From positions 47,244,001 to 47,308,000 of the forward strand of contig OX597828.1 of assembly GCA_951406725.2 (NCBI GenBank): a stretch of 64,000 bases of DNA. Direction: 5' to 3'. The translations under genes and the position numbers were made by a program. Positions 28,050 through 41,174 of this stretch are shown piece by piece (positions within the stretch are counted from its first letter, which is position 1; each line of letters begins with the position of its first letter). The notes below the pieces were generated by a model that made no database searches, had not been told where the DNA came from, and saw only the letters and a program-made list of their open reading frames with translations. This stretch comes from Octopus vulgaris. Taxonomy: Eukaryota.

Positions 28050-28720
28050 AACTTATAAATAAACAGTTAACAAAACTCCCAAATTGGAAGAGTCCAGGAC
28101 CGGATGGAGTCTGACGTCATTGGATAAAGAAGCTGAGAGGGCTCCATTAAGGGATAGCGAAAAAGCTAGATGAGGGCTTCCAGGAAGGCGCAGTACCCAG
28201 CTGGATGACAAAAGGAAAGACATTGTTATGTGCCAAGGATCCTGAAAAGGGAAATGTTGCATCCAACTTTCGACCAATAACGTGTCTTCTGCTAATGCAG
28301 AAATTAACGTCAGGTGCTTTGGCCGGTGAACTGTATAGATACTTAGGAAAAAGCAAGCTGCTGCCTGTTGAACAGAAAGGGTGCCGAAAGAGGAGTCAGG
28401 GAACGAAGGATCTGCTCTTAATCGATAATCTAACAATCAGAAACTGCAAGAGAAGACACGGAAAGCATACGATATGATACCACACTCTTGGATAATAGAA
28501 CAAGGGAAATGTAAGGAATAACAGAAAACATGAGAATCCTTATATGGAAGAGTATGAAATGGTGAAGAGAATTGACAGCAGGGAGTCAAGTATTAGGAGA
28601 GATGAAAATCAAGAGAGGAATCTTCCCGGGGACGGTGTGTCCCCACTGATCTTTGTGCTGGGAATGATCCCTTTGAGTGAAATACTACAGAAAACAAACT
28701 TGGGGTATGACCTAGGAAGA
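28050..28720 (+). mobile_element. Non-LTR retrotransposon RT fragment, R4/Dong-like
   Basis: VPSWMTKGKTLLCAKDPEKGNVASNFRPITCL...LLPVEQKGCRKRSQGTKDLLLID...KAYDMIPHSWII...RGIFPGDGVSPLIFVLGMIPLS; deletions and frameshifts. Confidence 0.88.
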
Positions 28721-28721
28721 C

Positions 28722-28878
28722 GTAACGTCCCCGTTACTTAGCGGTTCGGCAAAAGAGACCGATAGAATAAGTACTAGGCTTACAAAGAATAAGTTCTGGG
28801 GTCGATTTGCTCGACTGAAGGCGGTGCTCCAGCATAGCCGCAGTCAAATGACTGAAACGAATAAAAGAATAAAGAATA
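28722..28878 (+). mobile_element. SINE family A, 3' half
   Basis: acgtccccgttacttagcgg...gactgaaacgaataaaagaataaagaat. Confidence 0.88.
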
Positions 28879-28959
28879 GAAAAATAGAAAAAGAGCCAGT
28901 TTCTAGCCTACATCTAAGGCTCCTTCATTGGAATTTCAACATCAGCAACAGGGTATTTT

Positions 28960-29158
28960 TGTATATATGTATGTATGTATGTACGTATGTATATATGCAT
29001 GTATGCATGTATGTATGTATGTATGTATGTATGTTATGCATGTATGTATGTATGTATGTATGTATGTATGTATGTATGTATGTATGTATGTATGTATGTT
29101 ATGCATGTATGTATGTATATATGTATGTATGTATGTATTATGTATGTATGTATGTATG

Positions 29159-29187
<29 letters not shown>
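28960..29187. repeat. (TATG)n microsatellite
   Basis: Direct reading. Confidence 0.95.
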
Positions 29188-29190
<3 letters not shown>

Positions 29191-29471
29191 AGAAGCCTCC
29201 TCATAGTTTCAATCACAATGTAATGATCGAGTCGGGGATAGCGTAGAAATCACTTGAGTAAGGTGCCGTGAAGTGCAATCGAACGTGAAACCACCTAGCT
29301 CCGAAGCGGTCTTCTTAACCACAAAACAATACCTGCAGAGAGATATACCGCGCATGCGCTCGTGAAAAAGAGTGTGGATGAGTGAGAAGGAGAAAGCATG
29401 AGTAAGTGTATGTGAGAAAATGAGAAAGAAAGGAAGATAAAGAAGTTAGGAAAGAAGAATAAAATGTACGA

Positions 29472-29539
<68 letters not shown>

Positions 29540-30435
29540 AGGAAAGAAAGGGAAATGAAGAAACAAAGAAAAGGAGAGAGAGGGAGAAATGAAATGAAAT
29601 GAAAGTAGAATGGAAGTATGAAAAACTGACAGCGAGAACGCTAATGGCGGACTTTGAGCTAACATGGTGTATTTCAGTTTAAAATTGTTAAGTAAATTGT
29701 AGAATGTCGGGGTCAAGTTTGAACGTCATCTCATTTGCCTGTTCCATCATCTCCGCTGTTAGTGACATCTTCATTATTAGTTAGTTATCTGATATACTTC
29801 ATTTTATCGCCGCTCAACGCGGTAACACGTCGAAACAGCTGTCTACGATACCTAAGTTCGCACTCTCTATCCTTCTCTCTTCCTTTTTCTAACATTCTGC
29901 AGTTTGTTTTTACACAAAGCTGCCATTCTTACCTTCTTTCTGTCTTTCTTTCTGTCTTTCTTGCTTTCTTTCATTCTTTTATTCCTTCCTTCCTACCTTC
30001 ATTTCTTCCCTTCTTGTTTCCTTTATTTATGTATTATATCCTATCATCTCACTCAGGTCTCAATTAAATGTTTTCAATGCTCGAAAAATGTCTTTTTTTT
30101 TAATGATTATCTTTATCTGTCTGTTTATCTGTTCATCTAATGAATTTATACATTCATTTAATACAGGATCTTGTTTGTACGTGCGGCAGATGACCTAAGC
30201 TTAGATATTCTGTTAGAATTTCTTTCTTGGCACCTCTGTGAACCAAAAGGTTTTCTTGACGATGACTATCACGAATTCGTTGTTTTAGACTCTTAGTTGG
30301 AAGCGACGGTAGGTTGACAGCAATACTTTAACTTAACAATCGTTAGATTTCTACTGGCTATTTATAAAATGTTTCCAAGTAAACCCTGTATAAGAAAGAT
30401 ATGACACTTTGACACTGCGGCAGGTATCAATCGAT

Positions 30436-30526
<91 letters not shown>

Positions 30527-30541
30527 GTATGTATATGTATG

Positions 30542-30586
<45 letters not shown>

Positions 30587-30621
30587 GTAGGTATGTATGT
30601 ATGTATATGTATATGTATATA

Positions 30622-30653
<32 letters not shown>

Positions 30654-31214
30654 CGTATGTATGTATATATATATACAGGTAAGGTTATACTATGTGTGTA
30701 TATATCTATGCGTACATTCATATATTTATATGTACATATATGTGGTTATGTGTGTGTGTGAATATATATATATGTATGTGTGTATGTATACATAAATTGC
30801 ATATTGCATGATAACAGCACAATCCATTGCGCACTTCATAATTAAACTCAGCTTTTCTGAAAAAAAAGTGCTCAAAAGTCTTTATGTATATATATATTAT
30901 AAAATGTTTGGGGCTACGATATTAAGTTTGTTCAGTGAGAGAATGAACTGAAAAAGTCATCTTCTAAGGGACAATATAAAGGAAAAAAATGCACGGCCAT
31001 ATTACAGCAATTTTATCCTATGGTCTGTTCTGTTTCGAAGATTGTATCTCTCCTCAGGCGGTGAAAAACTGAGAGAATTTCTTAATGTTATCAGTCACAT
31101 GAAGAGAAAAAGGTAAATCCATCTAGGATGGATTAGATGCAAGAGAAAATATACATTTTTTCTGTTTATGAATTTGTATTGTAAGATTCCTGATGTGAAA
31201 CCGTGTGTTGAAAT

Positions 31215-31515
31215 AAATGTTGTATTTGTATTTCGGGACGGTTATTTTACTCGTTTATTACTGTTCTTATTCTAACTCATGTCCATTGTCCGGAAATCTC
31301 GACTTAGTCATGGACTAAGCGGAGCAAGAGCACACGTAAAGACGGAAAGTGTCACTGAAGAGGTAACAGATTTGTGACGAAAGATTTCTGGACAATGGAC
31401 ATCATTTAGAATAAGAACAGTAACAAACGAGTGAAGGACAAATACACAGTGCGTGTGTTTATTTAGTAAAATGGAAAAAATGACCATCCCGAAATACAAC
31501 AATAAAATATACATC
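31215..31515 (+). repeat. Fold-back element with long inverted arms and a hammerhead-like centre
   Basis: Inner arms about 31250-31298 and 31383-31432, outer arms about 31228-31248 and 31478-31498 are reverse complements; CTGAAGA...CGAAA between them. Confidence 0.8.
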
Positions 31516-31544
31516 TTCATATCCAATCGGGTGAAGCATTCAAA

Positions 31545-31897
31545 GTTACCCCAACCGCAGAACGGGGCGCCACTGCATGGTGCCTAAGATTCCAACATCA
31601 CCTTCAAAATACTGGTCCAGATACTGCAACAGCTCTTTAACATCCTCCCTAAATGCCTGAGAGACTTGCATGGTGTGGATGTGAGTTTCTTTAAAACTAA
31701 ACTGGATCTCTTCTTGTCGGGAGTCCCAGATGAACCTACCTCACGACAGGAGACGTAGATGCGGGCAGCAGCATCGAACTCCCTTGATGATCAAGTGCCA
31801 CGTATCAGAGGGGGATTCACATATTAGTGTAGCTCATTCAGCGGTGGTGCCCAAGCATGGCCGCGGCCTTCGGGCTAAAACATTTTTTAAGGATTTA
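31545..31897 (+). mobile_element. CR1-group LINE 3' end (ORF2 C-terminus plus 3' UTR)
   Basis: RTGRHCMVPK...QLFNILPKCLRDLHGVDVSFFKTKLDLFLSGVPDEP...RAAASNSL; 3' UTR ggtgcccaagcatggccgcggccttcgggctaaaaca. Confidence 0.85.
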
Positions 31898-31959
31898 CCG
31901 TAAGTGCAAGAAAGCGGAGTGGTACGCAAAATCGATTCTTAAAAACAGAAATAAACATA

Positions 31960-34140
31960 GTAAGCAAAAGTAAAGATAGTGAATGCAATGAGATGTCCCA
32001 ATAGAAAGACAGTTAACTAAAAAGCCAATGAAACCATTCCACGTATCCATTATTACCCTAAACACTAGGGGCACATCTTGGCCGAAGAACATCTGTGTTC
32101 CCCGGCCGATCGGTTCTCATGGGTCAGTCTCGCTGTACGCATTCACATTTCAGCAAATTTACTTGAATCCACGTGGATGCTGCTGAAAGCTTGACCGGCG
32201 AGATAGATATATATCTTCGGTCCTTCCAATCCCGTCCAAGATAAAACCTCTTTTGGTATGATCAACAAAGAGAAGGTAAATCTTAAGCCTTTCTGGTAAA
32301 ACGGTGATAGAGTGGGGATCATTACAATAGATCTGAGAGTTAATTGGGTCCGTCCTACAATTGTTCGGCATCATCAAACAAGCCAACAGCTTGAAAAAAT
32401 GTGTGCAGAACGATTTTATCACTCTGCACGCATTTTGGGCCGACTCGGTTGCTGAGCCTTACTGTACCTATATAGTTTAATCCGAACGAGCAATGTCCTC
32501 CAACAAAGCACCTCCAGACCAAATATTTCTGGAAGCTGTCCATAGTTCTTGGACTGAAATTTCTCTAAGATAAGTTAGCTATTCGATTGATTTTTGTTAA
32601 TGCCCCGATCGTAGCTCAAATATCGTGGTTTTTTTCCACTATTAACCCTTAGTAGATTTCAAGAATTAACATATTAACAACTATATAACTTTGTCGGTAG
32701 AGATCCGTGACGGAATTCCAGATTCCAAGCACCCATTCTTGGTCTCTGCTCAACCCAATAATGCAGTTTATTGTGAAACAATGCTGTAGCTTCAGCACAT
32801 GCGTGCTCATAATTTCTTATAACGTCCTTTACATTCCGTGGTGAAGTTGTAAGCAACAAATGAACCAGTGGAATACGTTTTTCCACCGAAGCGTAAAAGC
32901 AGATACTCCATTTTGGTCAGAAGAAAATTGGGAGCAACGTAGGGTTGTTAAATGGCCATAACTAGAGGAGGTGGTATATGTGTTTGCCACCTCTTCCTGA
33001 ACTTTCATTTATATTTTCCATTCAATTCTTTCCCTAATGAGATTGACCATCCTACTTGTTACCTCCTTGCAGTTTCTATCTGTCTGGTAATACGGCCCAA
33101 ACCAGATCCCCCACATAGTAATCAGGACCTCCGACCCAATGTTCAACAATGCTAACCGGCATAGACTTCTCTCTTCATGTGCTGTTCATCGACATGTGCT
33201 GCTTAATGTGCTCCTATTAGCATTTTATATTTTTTCAGTGCAGTGTTTCCACTTTCGAAATATCCGGCGCCATGGCAGAGTCCGTATGTACCGACATTGC
33301 TGTCTTACGTCCCAGCATGAGCCTCAATATTCCTTAGTTTTGTGTTCTGACTCAAAAGCCTTAGCAAACTTATAGGAGCGATGAAAGAGGATACTCTTGA
33401 CAAAGCAGGCGCGTGATTTGAAACGTTCTTATTGGTGGTCACACAATCTGAACATCTAGCAGTTTCCACTGTACGTTAAAACAATCCAGTCTCGGAAAAC
33501 GACACCGGAGCCGGCTGCATAGAGAGCTAATGCCACGAACTGATGATAAACAAAACTGAAAGGTATAGATCGATCCAAATGGACCGGTGTCTCATCGAAA
33601 CCAGGTATATTACCAACAATTTCTATGATGCATCGACTGAAGTGCACCCAAGTCTTCGCTCAGATCAGCGCATCTCCGACCATACTATCGGCGATAAGTT
33701 TTAACGCTTTTGCGATTATTTTGTCACAAACTTTAGACACTTTGTTGAGTTATGGAGAACAAACTATTAGCATCGTTCAGATCCTTTATCACAAGTACCT
33801 GTTTCTTTATTACCCACAAGGGGCTAAACACAGAGGGGACAAACAAGGACAGACATAGGTATTAAGTCGATTACATCGACCCCAGTGCGTAACTGGTACT
33901 TAATTTATCGACCCCGAAAGGATGAAAGGCGAAGTCGACCTCGGCGGAATTTGAACTCACAACGTAACGGCAGACGAAATACCGCTAAGCATTTCGACTA
34001 ACGTGCTAACGATTCTGCCAGCTCGCCGCCTTTATCACAAGTACCACTGCTCCATAAGTAATTGGACAAGGGATGTTTACAATCTGTTGCATGCGACATT
34101 TACTAAGGTAGGGAATGAACAAATCCAAGGGTTTAGAGCC
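31960..34140 (-). mobile_element. Old L1/Tx1-like LINE ORF2 relic, interrupted by SINE B
   Basis: Decayed RT motifs in order on the minus strand: IPCPITYGAVVLVIKD, HLDRSIPFSFVYHQF...AAGSGVVFRDWI, FQITRLLCQEYPLSSLL (QGCPLSPLL), SVHTD (YADD), WGIWFGP, KRIPLV; many stops; left boundary uncertain. Confidence 0.78.
33800..34030 (-). mobile_element. SINE family B, full length with 15-bp TSD
   Basis: tttatcacaagtacc at 33785-33799 and 34031-34045. Confidence 0.95.
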
Positions 34141-34680
34141 AGGCGATTTGAACCCACGTTCAACTAATCACTGTCAACTGTATTTCAAGGGCTGTTATCA
34201 TGTTTTCCAAATCTCCAATTTAGTGTTCGTCGCCCGTTGCAACAGTTGATCGAGATAGTCGCTAAAATCCCCTGCCCCCGGTTTACTCTTAATACCAAAA
34301 ATAATATTAATGCTTATGATATATTACTGGCGAACACCTCATCTTCTTCATCAACTGTCTACATCAACTCTCCTACATTAATTTTTTCTTCCTCTGCCTC
34401 CACCAACTTCCTCATCATCCACCGCGTTCATTTTTGTTGTCATCAACAAATGGTTCTGGTCCATTAAGGTTAAATACGACGGACACGTGGCAGTGATGGA
34501 GTGGGCAAGGAATGGGAGATTCTATTTGGTTGCACACACAGACTGACACCCACCTATATTCACACACCCCCACCTGCTTTCACACCCCCTACAATGCTCT
34601 TGTTTGTAAATGTAAACACACACACATACACACATACATATGCATACACACAAACAATATATGTAAAGAACGTAATATAC

Positions 34681-34729
<49 letters not shown>

Positions 34730-35273
34730 CACGCACACACGCACACGCACGCCCACACACACACACACACACGCCCCCCCACACACACACACACACGCAT
34801 ATGTTAACCTTTGTTCTCGTGTTGTTCCAATGTTTATTAGCTTTAGACCATACATACTTACATTCGTACACATGCACATATATACAAGTATACATACAAA
34901 CATATACATGCACATACACACACATATATATATATATATACATATATATTCACAAAAGTGTGTGTGTATAGTATATGTATAGTGAGTGCGTGTGTGTGTG
35001 TGTGTGTGTGTATCTGTCTGTCTTTTTCCATTTAGCCCTGTTATGTTCTCCTATTGTCTGTCAGCCTTTTCTCAACAACCTGTTATAAGTGACCCCTTGT
35101 ATTTGCTCGTGACCCCAGCCACAAGCCATTTTTATGTGACTGTCTTTTCTCTCCAGATGATCGTATGTTTTTTTCCAATATGTCACAAATGCTTCTATCC
35201 TCTCAGATGGACAAGGATCTCACTGTTCAGGGACATGTCAAACCGCAGAGACAGTGAGGGAGAAAAAATATAT

Positions 35274-35318
<45 letters not shown>

Positions 35319-35565
35319 GTGGGAAGAGTGAGTGAGAGAGAAATTGAGAGAGACAAAGCGTGGTCCAACACGGTCAGCTACCGGTCAATCTCTTCTTCGT
35401 TCCCCACCGCCGCCTCCATTTGCATTATGAATATATCTGTATGTGTGTATAAACGTGTATATATGCGAAGAAGCAGAGGTTGATGTGTGTGAGTGTGGTT
35501 GTTTGTGTGTGTGTTTGTATGTGTGTATATGTGTGTATGTTTATATGTATGTATATGTGTATATA

Positions 35566-35929
<364 letters not shown>

Positions 35930-36323
35930 TATATATATATATATATATATATATTTAGGTTATAAGAGGAAATGCTGTCAGTGAGACCCAAAGGTGTCGG
36001 GTAATGCTGAATAAGTGCTATGGATAGACCATAGTTAAGTTCCAGGTTCGGTGATTATGCGAATAAGGGGTCCAACTTAGGTTATATATCAGTGTGTGTA
36101 TATAAAAAAATTTTTTTCCGTGATGAGATAACAAACCAAGCCCGTGTAGATTTTAAAACATTTATAAATGTTCTGAAATCTATACAGATTTGGTTTTTTA
36201 TCTCATTACGGAAAAAAAAATTATATATATATACAATTGTCAAAGAGGACAACAAACGTTAACGCAAAGCAAAAACATCTCAAGTTATATACAATATTAT
36301 AATTATTGGGAAAAAAATTCTAA

Positions 36324-36379
36324 GTCTTACAGCTGTTTCTGGGGTATCCCAGAATATGTGATATTCCGTCCTCGGAGAC
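36324..36379 (-). ncRNA. Hammerhead-like motif (variant core, palindromic helix III)
   Basis: GUCU-CCGAGGA-[two hairpins]-GAAACAGCUGUA-AGAC; helix II closure is non-canonical. Confidence 0.4.
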
Positions 36380-36622
36380 AAATAGGGGAAATGAGAAGGG
36401 TATAGGTTACTGAAATGAAGTCATAGAGGACAGAAGTAAAGGAATAAAGAGATGAAAAAGGGAAGGAAAAAAATGCATAAAAGTTCACAGTTCAACTTAG
36501 GGTACCTAATTGTTTAGATCACATGTGACCTAAGCCCTCTTATTTTGTATACATTTGTAATTTGTAATTTGCTTGTGAGAACAGTAGAATTCAAAATACA
36601 TGAAGTTGTTAATAATAGTAAG

Positions 36623-37010
36623 TGGAGGCGCAATGGCCCAGTGGTTAGGGCTGCGGACTCGCGGTCATAGGATCGCGGTTTCGATTCCCAGACCGGGCGT
36701 TGTGAGTGTTTATTGAGCGAAAACATCTAAAAGCTCCACGAGGCTCCGGCAGGGGATGGTGGTGATCCCTGCTGTACTCTTTCACCACAACTTTCTCTCA
36801 CTCTTACTTCCTGTTTCTGTTGTACCTGTATTTCAAAGGGCCGGCCTTGTCACTCTCTGTGTCACGCTGAATATCCCCGAGAACTACGTTAAGGGTGCAC
36901 GTGTCTGTGGAGTGCTCAGCCACTTACACGTTAATTTCACGAGCAGGCTGTTCCGTTGATTCGGATCAACCGGAACCCTCGTCGTCGTAACCGACAGAGT
37001 GCTTCCATAC
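36623..37010 (+). mobile_element. SINE family C, tail X, 12-bp TSD
   Basis: aataatagtaag at 36611-36622 and 37011-37022; near-identical to 56488-56874. Confidence 0.95.
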
Positions 37011-37147
37011 AATAATAGTAAGCAATCAAGTAATTATTGGCTTGGAAGATCATTTTGGATAGAAAAAAGTCGAATGCTTTGAGATCCACTGCATGTCCTC
37101 TCGAAAGTGTGTAAATTTTAATATCAATGTGTGTGTGCGTGCGTGTG

Positions 37148-37201
<54 letters not shown>

Positions 37202-37622
37202 TGTGTGTGCGTGCGTATGTGTTCTGTACGTTAGCTCACTCCCTCCATCGAATTGCTTTTGCCTGAACAGGTGCACGATGTGCCATTCGTAAAATGTCGA
37301 AGTGATCCAGAAACACGTCCATAATTAATCGAAGACTGTTTGATTTCATTGTTTTTCTTCTTTTTTGCTACGTGTGAGTTACAAACATTGTTATCCGTGG
37401 AAAAATATTTTTGTAGAAAAAAGAAATAGCAGTCTTTTGGCTGCTATTTCTAAAACTTTCGGTATGTAGTCAAGCAACTTGTTGCTAAATCATTATTGTT
37501 ATAATTAACTTTTTGTGTAAGATTTTACCGAATATGGTCCTTTTCAAGACCGAAAAACTACTAGGTGAAATTTGTTTATTTTATTAAATTAATAATTTTT
37601 CACCCTATATCTGTAATGATTA

Positions 37623-37707
<85 letters not shown>

Positions 37708-37710
<3 letters not shown>

Positions 37711-39005
37711 GATATATAAAAAATACAAAATGGGACAAGAACGCAAAACACACAAAGAGACGACACAAAAAACGGACGGGTCATTCGAAGCCTCTAATCT
37801 TCAGTCAGGAACCGGATCATCTTCGCAATTTCGGCTGATTAATCCTGAGATCGCTCCGATCCGGCCAGCCCCAAGGAAAAACTAAGCTACGAACATTAGA
37901 TTTCTTGGAAAAAGTATCGAATGTATACGAAACAAGGACAGAAAAACGGACGATGCCACACGAATATAAATACAAAAAACAAAAATAAAAATAAAAACAA
38001 GAATAGTAATAACAGGACAAAAACAGCGGGTGTCTTACGACTTTAGACAGTTTGACTTATCTTAGCTGGCGTATTTGGAAATAAATGCCTTTGCGGCAGA
38101 CGAAGAAAACGGTGTTGTCGTGGCGGCGGTCAAAGGCCGAAAGGCTAGTTGACCAGCGGTCACGTGAGAGGAGAGAAGAAGAGAGAGAAAAACAGGGGGC
38201 AAAGGAATCAAAGAGTGAGAGAAAAAAGAGGGAAAAAGGCACCAAGGGAGGAGGGAGAGAGAAAGAAGGAATTAAAGAGGGGAGAAGAAACAGAGCGTGC
38301 CAAGGATTGGCTTGGCAACAGAATCAGTGGTGCAAAGTGAGAAAGACAGAGAAATGTGAGAGAGATGCGTATATGTGTACAGGACATCACCGACACTAAA
38401 CAACATGAAATATGAAAACAAATACGTTCAATACGCAAACAGCGAGAGAAAACAAATGGAAAACAGGATAAGTAACAGAAAGAACGACACTTCATCAGTT
38501 GTCGGCTGTCTATCTACTCCTCATTTCGAACAATGAACGACAATATGAGTCTTCGAAGACAGTTGCCCCATAAGTACCAAAATAGAATTTGGGATTTATG
38601 GAGTGTCAGTGTTGGGAGCAAAAACAGGACTGTGGAAGCATACAAGGAAGCCGAACGAAAACAAACAGGTAGGGTCGTTAGACCAGAAAGAGGGTAAAAT
38701 AGCGAACGCTGGAGAAATATTTTCTTTGACAAGGGAAAAGATAGAAGAGAGAGATAGGATACGCGAAGTCCTTGGGACAGTCCTGAAGGAAAAGAAAGAT
38801 GATTACGTGAAGGAAAGAAAGATGGACGATGGTCACGTGTGAGCAACGAAAGAGAGAAAAGGAGAAAGTGGGGGAGAGGAACAGATAGAAAAGGGTGAAG
38901 GGGAGAAAAAGGGAATTAGAGAAAAGGATGTGAGAGAAAACGATAGGGGAGAAAATAGTATAGAGCAGAGTCGCATAAAAAAGAAAAGGTACGTCTTTGT
39001 CATAC
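37708..39005. repeat. Two adjacent purine-rich repeat units, second clearly related to family F
   Basis: Starts at (TA)n; 38370-38600 resembles 54245-54480 (gtacaggac..., ttcNtcagttgtc...tctactcc...tttcgaa); both units contain ggtcacgtg before a GA-rich tract. Confidence 0.5.
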
Positions 39006-39228
39006 ACATTCAGTTTTACCGATTCTGCCCGAGAATTACGTTAGGGAACATATCTTTGTGGAATACTCAGTCGCTTACACGTTAACTCAGGCGCAGGTAA
39101 CTTCGGCGATCGAAGAACTACAACTGAATTGTCCTCGCTAAATGACAGAGGTCCTCTCTCCCCCTCGCTCTCTTTCTCTCTCTCTCAATATATATATATA
39201 GATATATATATATATAGATATACATATA

Positions 39229-39593
39229 TCTTTACTCTTTTACTTGTTTCAGTTATTTGACTGCGGCCATGCTAGAGCACCGCCTTTTAGTCGAGTAAAT
39301 CGACCCCAGGACTTATTCTTTGTAAGCCTAGTACTTATTCTATCAGTTCTTTTACTGAACCGCTAAGTTACGGGGACGTAAACACACCACCATCGGTTGC
39401 CAAGCAATGGGGGGGGGGGACAAACGCAGACACACAAACATATACACACATACATATACATACATATATACGACGGGCTTCTTCCAATTTCTGTCACAAG
39501 GCTTTGGTCGGCCCGAGGCTATAGTAGAAGACACTTGCCCAAGGTGCCACGCAGTGGGAATGAACCCGGAACCATGTGGCTGGTAAGCAAGCT
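39229..39593 (-). mobile_element. SINE family A, 5'-truncated
   Basis: Tail-to-B-box match. Confidence 0.9.
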
Positions 39594-39612
39594 AATCCAA
39601 TATATATATATA

Positions 39613-39750
39613 TTGTTTGAATTTATAGAAAATAAAAGACAAAGACAGGTGAGGGAACAACAAGCAGGTGTATTTCTTTGACGCTCAGGAAAAATGGAAA
39701 AGCTTTTGACGTTTCGAGCCTACGCTCTTCGACAGAAAGGATTGAAAAAA
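39613..39750 (-). mobile_element. Family E-related short element with hammerhead-like motif
   Basis: Shares gacgctcagga and acgtttcgagc...gctcttcg with family E; starts at (TA)n. Confidence 0.65.
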
Positions 39751-39969
39751 AAACAATATATGCAAGTGTGTGTGCTTGTGTGTGTGTATGTGTTTGTGTA
39801 TGTTTGTGTTTGTGCCTTTGTGTGTGTATGCTTGTGTATGTGTGTGTATGTGTAAATAGTGTAAATATATATATTATATAGATATGTATACATATATGTA
39901 TGTATATATTTGTATTTATGTTAGCCTATATGTATATGTATATATATTGTATGTATGTATGCATGTATG

Positions 39970-40003
<34 letters not shown>

Positions 40004-40261
40004 TATATATACAGACACACACATTCTCTCTCACACTCTCTCTGTCTCTCTTTCCCGCTCTCTCTCTCTCTCTCTCTCTCAGCTTTGTATATTCTGTCAC
40101 TCTTTCTTCTGCCTCACCTTCCCCTCCACATTAAAAAAGAACCTTCACAAAATAAAATTCAATTTTCATGTCATTTACTTTTACAATTAAATAAAATAAA
40201 TAACGAGTAAATTAATTAAAAGCGTGAAGTTAATGAGAATTGTAGTGCGACGACAATCACT

Positions 40262-40540
40262 ACGATGACGGTGATGCTGCTGCTGATGATGATGGTGATG
40301 ATAATATTAGTAGTGATGGTGCCATTGGTGGCGGTAGTGGTGGTGGTAGTGGTGATGATGATGGTGTTGTTGCTGGAAATGATGGCGGTGTTGATAAGGT
40401 TAGTGGTAGTGATGATGATGATGATGGTATTAATGTTGCTGTTGTTGTTATTGTTGATATTGTTGTTGTTGGTGTTGTTGTTGTTGTCGGTGGTGGTGGT
40501 GGTTGTGGTGGTGACTGTAATAGCCGTGGTGTTGTTTTCA

Positions 40541-40572
<32 letters not shown>

Positions 40573-40640
40573 GTAATTGTAGTAGTAGTAGTAGTAGTAG
40601 TAGTATTGGTGGTGGTGGCTGTAGCAGCAATAATGGTGGC

Positions 40641-40678
<38 letters not shown>

Positions 40679-40706
40679 CAGCAGCAGTTGTGATGGTGGC
40701 GGCGGC

Positions 40707-40761
<55 letters not shown>

Positions 40762-41142
40762 ACGCTCGTCTGCTAGTGTTGGTTGTAGTTTTGATGTGGT
40801 GTGGTGGTTTGCATAATAGTAGCTCTTGTGAAGTGATTATAGTGCAGTTGAGAGGCTACACCTTGAAGCTAGTGTGTATGCTGTAGTACCAGTGGTGATG
40901 GATGCGTAATGGTGTTTCTCTGCTGCTGTTGTTTCCAGATAGTCACAGTCTTAGTAATTGTTGCTGTTGTTATTGTTGTTTGACCGCAACAATGAAGCCG
41001 TTACTGACCTATGGTCAAAGGCGTCTCAACAAAGTTGACTGCTATTTCTAGCAGCTCAAGAGACGAGGATGATTCTCGCTCACGTAATACTTGACTTTAC
41101 GCGGTGGCAATAGTGGTGGTGGTGGTGGTGGTGGTGTTGTTG

Positions 41143-41174
<32 letters not shown>

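Noticed and set aside
31030-31062. Minus-strand CUGAGGA-stem-GAAAC hammerhead
   Set aside because: Core and helix II are present but no NUH triplet or helix I partner follows; at most a broken remnant.
36623-36695. tRNA genes at SINE heads
   Set aside because: A and B boxes are present but there is no proper acceptor stem; they continue into SINE bodies bounded by TSDs.
36756-36959. Repeated 67-aa ORF (also 56539-56742) and repeated MPRSGTEPGTMWLV ORFs as a gene family
   Set aside because: Incidental frames within SINE C and SINE A copies.
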